A stretch of DNA of 64,000 bases from Candidatus Cloacimonadales bacterium. Lineage in GTDB: Bacteria > Cloacimonadota > Cloacimonadia > Cloacimonadales > JAFGVF01. The notes beneath the pieces are model-generated. The model worked only from the letters and a program-made list of their open reading frames with translations. It was not told the origin of the DNA and ran no database searches. This document shows, in pieces, positions 37,582 through 47,300 of the stretch. The first letter of the stretch is position 1. The number at the start of each line of letters is the position of its first letter. The stretch spans positions 896,001-960,000 of the forward strand of contig OY759729.1 of assembly GCA_963662585.1 (NCBI GenBank). Direction: 5' to 3'. Made by a program: the position numbers and the translations under genes.

Positions 37582-38625
37582 TTGAGACGAATTTTTTTTA
37601 TATGTATATTGACAGCATTAGTAATAATGGGTTGTGCGAAAGCAAGTGACCCTACTGAAGCATCTGAAAGTGTTTTAAGTGAAGTGATAAGAATACCCTT
37701 AAATGGTGATGCCATTGGTATTGACTATTCTGATAGTTATATAGCAGTAGCAGAATACGATGCTCAAATGTCAATTATTGACAGAAATACATTTGAGCGT
37801 ACTTGGTATACTGAAATTGTTGGACTTGAAGGTTCTGTTTATGAATTAGGAAGAAATAGAAGAATTAACTTAGTTGAAGAATTAGATTTCTTGTTGGTTA
37901 CTGAAGAGAAAGAAGCTGATAGTTACAAAATTCTTGATATTACTAGAATTGACACTTTACAAATTCTTGGTTCTGTTACAGGTGGAACATTTAGTATTAG
38001 ACAAATTGAATTATTCCCTTATGATGATCCAGATGCTAATGAATATCAAAACTATACTGCTAGAGGTTTCTTTGTAAATGGGAATAAAGTCACTGAAGTC
38101 GCTTGGGATGATTTTAGTAAAACTATGTCTGCTTTAGGTGATGATTTTGTTTGGAACTACCCTGTTAGTATCTATGGAGCTGAGCAAACAGAGAACTATA
38201 TGTTTGCAGCTGCGAGTCAAAGAGGTGTGTTCATTTCTGATAGATTCAACTATAATATTTTAACTGAATTTGACACTCCTGGTGAAGCTCTAAGAATTGA
38301 AGTTAGAGGAAATTACGCTTATGTTGCCTGCAGACAAGCTGGTTTGTATGTTTATGATATTTCAGATATCTATAATCCTGTTGAAGTATATAATTATGAT
38401 ACAACTGGTTATGCTCAGAATCTAGATGTTAATGATGGTTACGCTGTTGTCGCTTCAGGTGGTGGTAATTTGTATGTTTTTGATATTACTGATCCAACTA
38501 ATATTAGATTTGTGGAAAGAGAGACCTCAACAGGTTATACAAATAATGTAAGAATTGATAATAACAATAGAGTCTATGTAGCAACTCGTGACGAAGGAAT
38601 TGTTATTTTTGACATAAACAGATAG
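37582..38625 (+). CDS. LVIVD-repeat lipoprotein
   Basis: Lipobox VIMGC; repeats GNYAYVA...GLYVYDISDIYNP and GYAVVA...LYVFDITDPTN; TTG start with GGAGG. Confidence 0.85.
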   Translation: MRRIFFICILTALVIMGCAKASDPTEASESVLSEVIRIPLNGDAIGIDYSDSYIAVAEYDAQMSIIDRNTFERTWYTEIVGLEGSVYELGRNRRINLVEELDFLLVTEEKEADSYKILDITRIDTLQILGSVTGGTFSIRQIELFPYDDPDANEYQNYTARGFFVNGNKVTEVAWDDFSKTMSALGDDFVWNYPVSIYGAEQTENYMFAAASQRGVFISDRFNYNILTEFDTPGEALRIEVRGNYAYVACRQAGLYVYDISDIYNPVEVYNYDTTGYAQNLDVNDGYAVVASGGGNLYVFDITDPTNIRFVERETSTGYTNNVRIDNNNRVYVATRDEGIVIFDINR

Positions 38626-38666
38626 TAGATAGTCTTAATAAAAAACATTTTTAAGGATATGATTTA

Positions 38667-41600
38667 ATGAAAAAATTTGTTTTAGGCTTAATGGTACTTA
38701 TGGTATCATTAAGTCTTTTTTCAGTGCCTGAATTTGCAAGTGCACTCAATGATGGCTTTAGGGTAGTTAGAGAAAATGAAAAAGAAGTAGTAGTAGAATT
38801 TACTCTACCTGAATACAAGGTAGAAGAATTAACAATCGAAAAGAACACTTATAATGTGATTTCTACCAACACACAAGCATATACAACTGAAATTGGTATG
38901 CCATATTTACCGATTTTTGGTACAGGTATTGCAGTTCCTCACAGGGGAAAAGTAAGCTGTGAAGTTCTTGATTCTGAATATTCAGATATAGCAATGAACA
39001 ATATTTTCCCTTCCCAAAAAGAGGGTTTTGTTTATGAGAATATAACTTTAGAAGAAGTAAGTTATGAGAATTTTTTCCCAGAAAGAGAACTTCTAGCAGG
39101 GGAAAATTTTATCCTTAGAGATTTTAGAGTAAAACCTTTATCAATAAGACCATTTCAATATAATAAAAAAGATAAAACTCTAAGAGTATATAGCAAGATA
39201 ACTTTAAGAGTTTCTACTGATTTCACTCAAGCAGGAGAAAACGAACTTCGTTCTTCTTCTGAAATATCTCAAGCCTTTAATAGTCTATATCAAGCAACAA
39301 TCTTAAATTATCATTCAGAGAATGAATTAACTCCTAATCCAAACATTTTATTTATTTATAGAGAGAATAGTGACCCTATTTTCCATTTAAAATTTGAACA
39401 ATATACCAAGTATAAAAGACAAAAGGGTTTCAATGTTCGAGAAGTTTCTACTGGAGATATAGGTTCAACTACTAGCTCTGGAATTAAAAGTTATATCCAA
39501 AACTTGTATGATGGTGATGAATTCAGACCTGATTTTGTAGTCCTAGTAGGTGATGTTAGTGGAACCTTTGGTATTCCAACCTACAATGAATATTATGCAG
39601 ACAATGCAGAAGGTGATTATCCTTATACTCATCTTGCAGGTAATGATATAGTTGGTGATGTCTTTATAGGTAGAATGTCTATAAATAGTGCTACTGACTT
39701 AAGTAGATTTTATGGAAAAATGAGATCTTACGAAAGAATTTCAAATCCTATTGAAGAGCCTTATCTAGATAATATGCTCTTAGTTGGTGATACAGATCCA
39801 TCAGGAGAATCTACAGTTAATCATTGCAAATTTGTTAAACAAGTTAGTAGCAGAATTAATCCTAACTATAACTATACAGAAATTTATGGATCTAACCCTA
39901 ATGCCTCTGATATGAATACAGCTATTAATAATGGTGTAGATCTTTTTGTTTATCGTGGCTATATAGGCATGAGCGGATGGAGTCCAAGCTCTCTTCAAAA
40001 TAATATTCATAAGCTTAACCATGGAGTAATAATTACTTGTGCTACTGGCAACTTTGCTTCAACTGGAACAACTGAATCTTATGTTAACCTAGGTAGTGAA
40101 GTTTCTCCTCAGGGCGGTATAACTGCAATAGGTATGGCAACTGCAAGCACTCATACCTCTTTTAATAATAGCCTTTCTGGAGGCATCTTTCATGGTATCT
40201 ACAATATAGGCCAAAGAACCATGGGAGAAGCTCTTTTAACTGGAAAAGTTACAACTTATATTGTTTACAGTGCTTCTGATTTACCAGATGTTAAAAAATT
40301 CACTCATTGGTGTAATTTAATTGGTGATCCTACTGTTGATGTCTATACAGGTGAGCCTGATAGCTTTACTATTGAAACATCTGATTATTTTGCAGATAGT
40401 GATAATCTTACCATTATTGTCAAAAATCAGGACAATAATCCTGTTAATTTCGCGAGCGTTACTTTAACTAATCAGAGTGGTGAGATAAGCAAAACTGTCA
40501 CTAATAGTGAGGGTATAGCCAATCTAAGTTTAACAAATGGTGATGTTGAATATGATATCACCGTAAATAAACCAAATTATTTTCCTCATCAAGAGACCTT
40601 ACCTATCTCTGGTGATGAAGATTTCCGAGTAACTTCTCTTATCGTTGATGACGACAATGAGGGTGAATCTATAGGAAATAATAATCAAAATATTGAAGCA
40701 GGTGAAACAATAGAGTTAAACTTCATGATTAATAGTTTAATTGATTATGAGATAAATGATATGCAAGCAACACTTTCAGTTAATAATTTCCAAGTAGATA
40801 TTCTTGAAGGAAATAGCGAAATATCTTTACTCACTGCAAGTGGATCTTCACTTTTTGACAATAACTTTGTGCTTCATATTAATAATAATATTCTCAATGA
40901 TACTGATATAGCATTTATTCTAGACCTCTCTTATGGGGATAATGAATCAAAACGCTTAATTCAAACAGCTAAAGTTCATAATGGTCAGTTATTACTTACA
41001 AATACTAATATTGTTATGCTCGGAAATAGCTTAGAAGCTAATCAAACAGCAACTATCTCAGCTACTGTAGAAAACACTTCTGAACTAACTATCGAAAACG
41101 CTTATGCTCAATTAGTTATTAATAACGGACATTTCAATATTCTCACAGAAGATATTCTTATTTCAGATTTGGCTAGTAATCAAAGTCAAACTCTTGATTT
41201 TCAAATTAACTCGGACATAGATATGTTCCCAGGTATGACAGCTGACTGCATTCTTAAATTCGATAATGAAGTTAACTTCTATCAAGAATTGAAATTTAAT
41301 GCTAAATTTGGTAATTCAGATAATAGTTCCCCCTTAGGACCAGATATGTTTGGTTATGTTATCTATGATTCCAATGACCTTGATTATCCAGACTGTCCAG
41401 TTTATGACTGGATAGAAATTGCACCTAATAATGGTGGTTCAGGAATTCTTCTAGATATAGATGATCAAGAAGCTACAGGTGAAGGTGATGGAGTGGGTTC
41501 AAACTCTACTGAGACAATAAATCTACCTTTCCAATTCATATTTTATGGAGAAAGCTATAATCAAGTTACAGTATGTTCTAATGGCTTTATCTCCTTTGGA

Positions 41601-44090
41601 GAGAATAGCAATGGTGAATTTAGAAATTGGAGATTACCTGGTGCTTTAGGACCAAATGGTATGATTGCTGCTTTCTGGGATGATATGCACATGGGAAGCA
41701 ATTCAGGTATCTACTATTATTATGATAATATAGAAGATTTCTTTGTTATCCAATGGGAACAGATGATTAATGGAGCAGAAGGACATCCTGATGAAGAGAC
41801 TTTTCAGATAATTCTCTATAATCCACAAAGATATCCATCATCCCTTAATCAAGGAACTGCAAAAATTCAGTACAAAGTTTTTAATAATGTAGATAACGGA
41901 AATCCAGGAAATTACACTCCTTGGCATGGTAACTACTCAACAATTGGAATTGAATCACCTTCGGGGACTGATGGTTTAGAATACACTTATAATCAGCTTT
42001 ATCCTGCTGGAGCTCATCCTCTTGAAGATGGTATGGCTCTTTTCATAACAACCAAGCCAATACTCTTAGTTGAACCTACTATAAATGTTTCACGAATTAT
42101 AATTAATGATAGTAATAATAATGGTATCTACGAAGTCGAAGAAGAAGTTGAAGTTGGTATATCTTTAGTTAATTCTGCCTTAACTCCTTTAACTAATGTT
42201 AGTGCAACTATTGTTTCTACAGATTTCCGAGTAAGTATTCTCAATGACCATATTACTTTTGATGATCTTATTATGGGAAATGAAGTCTCTGGAAGAAATT
42301 CCTTTAAAATCAAGTTAACAGAAGAGTTGGAAAATAATGAAATTATTACCCTAAATATGGAAATTGAAGGTGAAGACGGATATCACTTCTACAAGGATAT
42401 TAACATAAAGATAAACAAAGCTTCTCTGAATGCTGGTAATTTTGTTATTAATGATTATGCGCTTACAGGTAACAATAATTATATCCCAGAAGCAGGTGAA
42501 AGTATCTACTTAGCATGGGAAATTGAGAATTCTTCTCCAGTTGATGGTTTCTTTGATAATGTTTCAATTTCAACTTCCAATCCAAATTTAACATTTATCA
42601 CAGATTCATTTAATGATATTAGAATAAAAGCTAATTCTATTCAACAGATAGTTTTCCAAGCTGAAATCTCTGCTACTGCTCCTGAGTATGAATCAATTGA
42701 AATACTGTTGACTGCTGAAAGAGATGGTGAAGTTATTTTAGAAGATAATGCTGCTGTAAATCTAAATAGCTCAGAGACAATGATAGATTTCGAAGCAGAA
42801 GATATTCCTTTAACATATAACACTCCTTGGCAAGTAGGTGTTAGTAATGCTGTAAGTTCTCATAGTGGTTCAAAACTTTTAGCAACTTCACTGAATAGTA
42901 ATTATCCTCATAATGCAGATTCTATCGTATGGACAGAATATATTAATGCAACTCCAGCAACAGTTTTATCTTTCTGGCATAGATATAATATAGAGAATAA
43001 TTATGATGGAGGTCAAATTGTTATTAACACTGAAGGAAGTAGCAACAACACAGTTTTAATTCCAGAAGGTAATTATAGTAATCAAAATGTATCTGCACTT
43101 GATGGTCCTGGCTATAGTGCTGATTTAAACCAATGGACTCAAGTTACTGTTAATATCCCACAATCTTATCAAGGGCAATCAATTAGATTTGGTTTTAGAT
43201 TTGCATCTGATATATCAGTAAGTGGCTCTGGTTGGTTTATCGATGACATATCGATAGGTGGTTCTATTCAAGAGAGCTTTGTATTCACTGGCCAAGTTAC
43301 TTTAGTTGGTGCTACTGATGATGTAGCCTCAGTTGATATTTCTATCTCAGACTACATGCTTAACCCTAAAAGTAATGGTGAATATATTTCCATATTACCA
43401 TTAGCTAATTATGATGTTTTATATTCTCTTAATAGTTTCAGAAATGATGATTTAAGAATATCTGGAGTTAGTTCCAATACTATGTTAACTAATGATGTAT
43501 CCCTCAACTATCTCAATAGTCCAGAGAACTTAAGTTACACTCTCCAAGATTCAATCCTAACCTTAACTTGGGATTATGAAGAAGACCTTGATGATGAATT
43601 AACTCAATTCATGGTAGAGAAAAGGTTTAATACTGGAGAATGGGAAGTAGTTGCACAGGTAACAGATATTGGATATTCTATTATTTTAAATAACATGGGA
43701 TTCTACTTTTACCGTGTAAGAGCTAATTACCAAGAAGATTATAGTAATTTTTCAAATATCATTGACCTTGATTACCTTGTAAGTACTGACAATGAAAATA
43801 ATAATGTTACTCTTGTTACAGCTCTTCACAGGAACTATCCAAACCCATTCAATCCTGAAACAAATATTGCTTATTCTTTAGCAAAAGCTTCCCCAGTGAG
43901 ACTTAAGATATTTAATCTTAAAGGACAACTAGTGAAAACTTTGGTAAATGAATATCAATCTGCAGGAAATCATAAAACTGTCTGGAATGGTAAAAATAAC
44001 CTGAATAAAGCTGTTGCTTCAGGAATGTACTTCATCAGAATAGAAACTGATAATTATCAAAAAACTCAAAAAGCAGTTTTAATGAAATAG
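38667..44090 (+). CDS. Large secreted C25 (gingipain-like) protein, paralog 1; NIDO-like and MAM/InhA-like domains, FN3, FlgD-Ig CTD
   Basis: C25 propeptide, VVLVGD..DYPY..IGRMS..NLIGDP core; LPFQFIFYG..IAAFWDD; YDGG..FRFASD..GWFIDD; NYPNPFNP CTD. Catalytic His apparently absent. Confidence 0.85.
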   Translation: MKKFVLGLMVLMVSLSLFSVPEFASALNDGFRVVRENEKEVVVEFTLPEYKVEELTIEKNTYNVISTNTQAYTTEIGMPYLPIFGTGIAVPHRGKVSCEVLDSEYSDIAMNNIFPSQKEGFVYENITLEEVSYENFFPERELLAGENFILRDFRVKPLSIRPFQYNKKDKTLRVYSKITLRVSTDFTQAGENELRSSSEISQAFNSLYQATILNYHSENELTPNPNILFIYRENSDPIFHLKFEQYTKYKRQKGFNVREVSTGDIGSTTSSGIKSYIQNLYDGDEFRPDFVVLVGDVSGTFGIPTYNEYYADNAEGDYPYTHLAGNDIVGDVFIGRMSINSATDLSRFYGKMRSYERISNPIEEPYLDNMLLVGDTDPSGESTVNHCKFVKQVSSRINPNYNYTEIYGSNPNASDMNTAINNGVDLFVYRGYIGMSGWSPSSLQNNIHKLNHGVIITCATGNFASTGTTESYVNLGSEVSPQGGITAIGMATASTHTSFNNSLSGGIFHGIYNIGQRTMGEALLTGKVTTYIVYSASDLPDVKKFTHWCNLIGDPTVDVYTGEPDSFTIETSDYFADSDNLTIIVKNQDNNPVNFASVTLTNQSGEISKTVTNSEGIANLSLTNGDVEYDITVNKPNYFPHQETLPISGDEDFRVTSLIVDDDNEGESIGNNNQNIEAGETIELNFMINSLIDYEINDMQATLSVNNFQVDILEGNSEISLLTASGSSLFDNNFVLHINNNILNDTDIAFILDLSYGDNESKRLIQTAKVHNGQLLLTNTNIVMLGNSLEANQTATISATVENTSELTIENAYAQLVINNGHFNILTEDILISDLASNQSQTLDFQINSDIDMFPGMTADCILKFDNEVNFYQELKFNAKFGNSDNSSPLGPDMFGYVIYDSNDLDYPDCPVYDWIEIAPNNGGSGILLDIDDQEATGEGDGVGSNSTETINLPFQFIFYGESYNQVTVCSNGFISFGENSNGEFRNWRLPGALGPNGMIAAFWDDMHMGSNSGIYYYYDNIEDFFVIQWEQMINGAEGHPDEETFQIILYNPQRYPSSLNQGTAKIQYKVFNNVDNGNPGNYTPWHGNYSTIGIESPSGTDGLEYTYNQLYPAGAHPLEDGMALFITTKPILLVEPTINVSRIIINDSNNNGIYEVEEEVEVGISLVNSALTPLTNVSATIVSTDFRVSILNDHITFDDLIMGNEVSGRNSFKIKLTEELENNEIITLNMEIEGEDGYHFYKDINIKINKASLNAGNFVINDYALTGNNNYIPEAGESIYLAWEIENSSPVDGFFDNVSISTSNPNLTFITDSFNDIRIKANSIQQIVFQAEISATAPEYESIEILLTAERDGEVILEDNAAVNLNSSETMIDFEAEDIPLTYNTPWQVGVSNAVSSHSGSKLLATSLNSNYPHNADSIVWTEYINATPATVLSFWHRYNIENNYDGGQIVINTEGSSNNTVLIPEGNYSNQNVSALDGPGYSADLNQWTQVTVNIPQSYQGQSIRFGFRFASDISVSGSGWFIDDISIGGSIQESFVFTGQVTLVGATDDVASVDISISDYMLNPKSNGEYISILPLANYDVLYSLNSFRNDDLRISGVSSNTMLTNDVSLNYLNSPENLSYTLQDSILTLTWDYEEDLDDELTQFMVEKRFNTGEWEVVAQVTDIGYSIILNNMGFYFYRVRANYQEDYSNFSNIIDLDYLVSTDNENNNVTLVTALHRNYPNPFNPETNIAYSLAKASPVRLKIFNLKGQLVKTLVNEYQSAGNHKTVWNGKNNLNKAVASGMYFIRIETDNYQKTQKAVLMK

Positions 44091-44105
44091 AAAACTGGAA
44101 GAACC

Positions 44106-44165
44106 CACTGGAGCGCTTTCATCTTGAAGGCATCTTAACCGGGAACGCTTGCATCCTTGCAGGCA
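44106..44165. repeat. REP-like pair (GGGA-CGC-GCATCC-GC family)
   Basis: Two adjacent related units; resemble 10665-10768 and the inverted copy at 56142-56170. Confidence 0.55.
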
Positions 44166-44186
44166 TATCCATAAATAAAAATATAT

Positions 44187-44213
44187 AAGCCTCGCTAAAT
44201 GCGGGGCTTTTTT
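44187..44213 (+). terminator. Rho-independent terminator
   Basis: AAGCCTCGC-taaat-GCGGGGCTT followed by a T-run. Confidence 0.85.
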
Positions 44214-44316
44214 CAAGTCAAAAGTTCTAAAATAATATTCCTTTGTGCATTTCAGATAGTTTATTTGTTAAGTAAATTACTATAATATAGCACATCATCC
44301 TTTATATTTTAACTCT

Positions 44317-44332
44317 CGGAATAGCATTTGCA
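44317..44332 (+). promoter_or_regulatory. Candidate sigma54 (-24/-12) promoter
   Basis: CGGAATAGCATTTGCA = GG-N10-GC; C of GC is 43 nt before the ATG of C25 paralog 2. Confidence 0.55.
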
Positions 44333-44373
44333 TATTGTATATATATAACAATATTAAAGAATGGTGGTGATTT

Positions 44374-47300
44374 ATGCGAGGATTTTTGTTAGGTTTATTG
44401 ATACTTATGTTTTCTGTTGGTCTGTATTCACTTGAGGAAACAAGAGGTGTCATCAATGAAGGTTTTAAGGTAATTAGTGAAAATGAGACAGAAGTAATTA
44501 TAGAATTTGCTTTACCCGACTATCAGATTGAAAAGTTAAAAACAGATAAGGCAACTTATAACATTATTACTACTAACACTCAAACCTACACTACAGAGGT
44601 GGGAATGCCCTACTTACCCATCTTCGGTACAGGTATTGCTGTTCCAAGAGTGGGAAAAGTAAGCTGGGAAATAATTGATTCTGACTACACTGAATTTTCA
44701 ACAGGAAATATCTTTCCTTCTCAGAAAGAAGGTTTTGTCTATGATAATATTACCCTAGAAGAGAATGAATATAATGGTTTTTTCCCTGCAAATACAACCA
44801 CTAGCGGAGATAACTTCATTCTAAGAGATTACCGTGTTAAACCACTACAAATTAAACCATTTCAGTATGATAAATCAAATAAAAAATTAAGAATCTTTAA
44901 TAAAATAACCCTCAAGATTTCTACCGATAAACATGAAGAAGGATATAATGAATTATATTCTACTTCCGAGCAATCTTCAGCTTTTGATAAAGTCTATCAA
45001 GCAACAATCCTAAACTATCACAGAAATGATAATTTTACTCCTAATACTAATATCCTCTTTATTCATAGAGATAATGGTGACCCTATTTTTCAATTGAAAT
45101 TAGACCAATATATCAAGTATAAACAACAGAAAGGATTTAATGTTCTAAGTGTTTCCACTAGTGATATTGGTTCAACTACTGCCTCAGGAATTAAAAATTA
45201 TATTCAAAATCTCTATAATGGAGATACTTTTAAACTAGATTATGTTGTTCTCGTGGGGGATGTTACTGGTTCATTTGGCATTCCTACTTTTAATGAATAT
45301 TATGCTGAAAATGCTGAAGGAGATTACCCTTACACCCACCTTGCAGGTAATGATTTGGTCGGAGATATATTTATCGGGAGAATGTCTATAAACAACTCTT
45401 CAGATTTAAGTCGCTATGTGGGAAAGATTAAATCCTATGAGAGAATTAGTAATCCCGTAAATGACCCTTATTTAGATAATATGCTCTTAGTTGCAGATAC
45501 TGATCCATCTGGAGAATCTACTGTAAATCATTGCAAGTTTGTTAAGCAAATTAGCCAGAGAGTAAATCCTGATAATAACTATTACGAGCTTTATGCCAAT
45601 GAGCCTAATGCCAATGAAATGAATTCAGCAATTAATGACGGTGTGGGATTTTTTATTTATCGTGGGATTTATGGAATGAGTGGCTGGAATGCAGGAAATG
45701 GACAATCAAACAACCATAAGTTAAATCATGCTTGTATGATAACTTGTGGAACAGGTGATTTTGCTGCTAATGCTACAACAGAAGACTTCGTTAATCAGGG
45801 ATCTGAAACTTCTCCTAAAGGTGGAATCACTGCAATTGGTATGGCAACAACCTCAACACATACTTCATACAACAATAGTCTTTCTGGTGGAATCTTCCAT
45901 GGGATATATAACATTGGACAAAGAACTATGGGGCAGGCACTTCTAACTGGTAAAATCACTAATTACATAATTTATAGTGAGTCAGCAATGAGTGATGTTA
46001 AAAAGTTTACTCACTGGTGTAATTTAATCGGAGACCCTACTGTTGATGTCTATGTCGGTGAAGCTAATAAATTTATAGTAGAAAGGTCTGACTTTTTGCC
46101 AGACACTGAAGAATTAACTGTATTGGTTGAAGATTCTAATTACTATCCTGTCGGGAATGCTTCTGTTACCTTGTCAATGCAGGATGGATCTATATATAAA
46201 GCTATAACAAATGATAATGGTTTAGCTATTATTCAAATAGAAAGCGGAAATATACAAAGCACTTTAACAGTCAACAAGGATGATTTTTTCCCTTACCAAA
46301 ATAGCATCACTAGCGAGAATAATGGTGATATGAGAATTACTGACCTCTTTATAGATGATGATACAGGTGGTTCTTCTTCCGGAAATAGTAATCAGAACAT
46401 TGAAGCTGGTGAAACTATTGAATTAAATTTCGTTATTAACAACCTAAGAGATTATGAGCTGAATAACATTCAAGCTACTTTATCTATTAATGATTTAGAT
46501 ATTGAGATTTTAGAAGCTAACCGTGAAATATCGTCTCTAGCTGCTAACAGTTCTTCAATGTTCAATGAGAATTTCCTAATCCACATTAATAACAACATTT
46601 TAAACAACACTAATATTGCCTTCATATTAGATATTAACTATGGAAATGATTTAAATACGCATTTAATATCCTCAGCAAGAGTAGAAAATGGTGAGCTAAT
46701 AATTACCGACACTGAATTAAGTTTTGTCGGAGAGTATTTACAGGCGAATACAGATAACCACATCTATGTTAGTGTAAAAAACCTGTCACAAATTCAAGTA
46801 GAAAATACTACTGCTAATCTTTTCATCAATAATGGCCATTTCACTATTAACACTCAGGATATTCTTATTGAGGAACTACTCTGGAATCAGACAGAAGATC
46901 TCCATTTCGTGATCAGCTCTGAGATAGATATGTATCCAGGAGCCACTTTTACTAGTATCTTAAAATTTGATAATGGAGAGAACTTCTATCAAGAACTAGA
47001 TTTTGATATTCAATTTGGCACACCATCAGTAAATTCACCTCTAGGACCAGACAAATTTGGTTATGTTATTTATGATATTAATGATGATAATGCTCCTGGG
47101 CAAATTGCTTATCAATGGATCGAAATAGCTCCAAATAACGGAGGATTAGGATCACTTCTAGATATTTATGACCCTGAATCTTTCGGAGAAGGAGATGGGG
47201 TTGGTTCTAACTCAACTGAAACAATAGACCTTCCTTTCCAATTCTCTTTCTACGGAGAGAGTTTTAGCCAGATAACGGTTTGCTCAAACGGTTTTATCTC

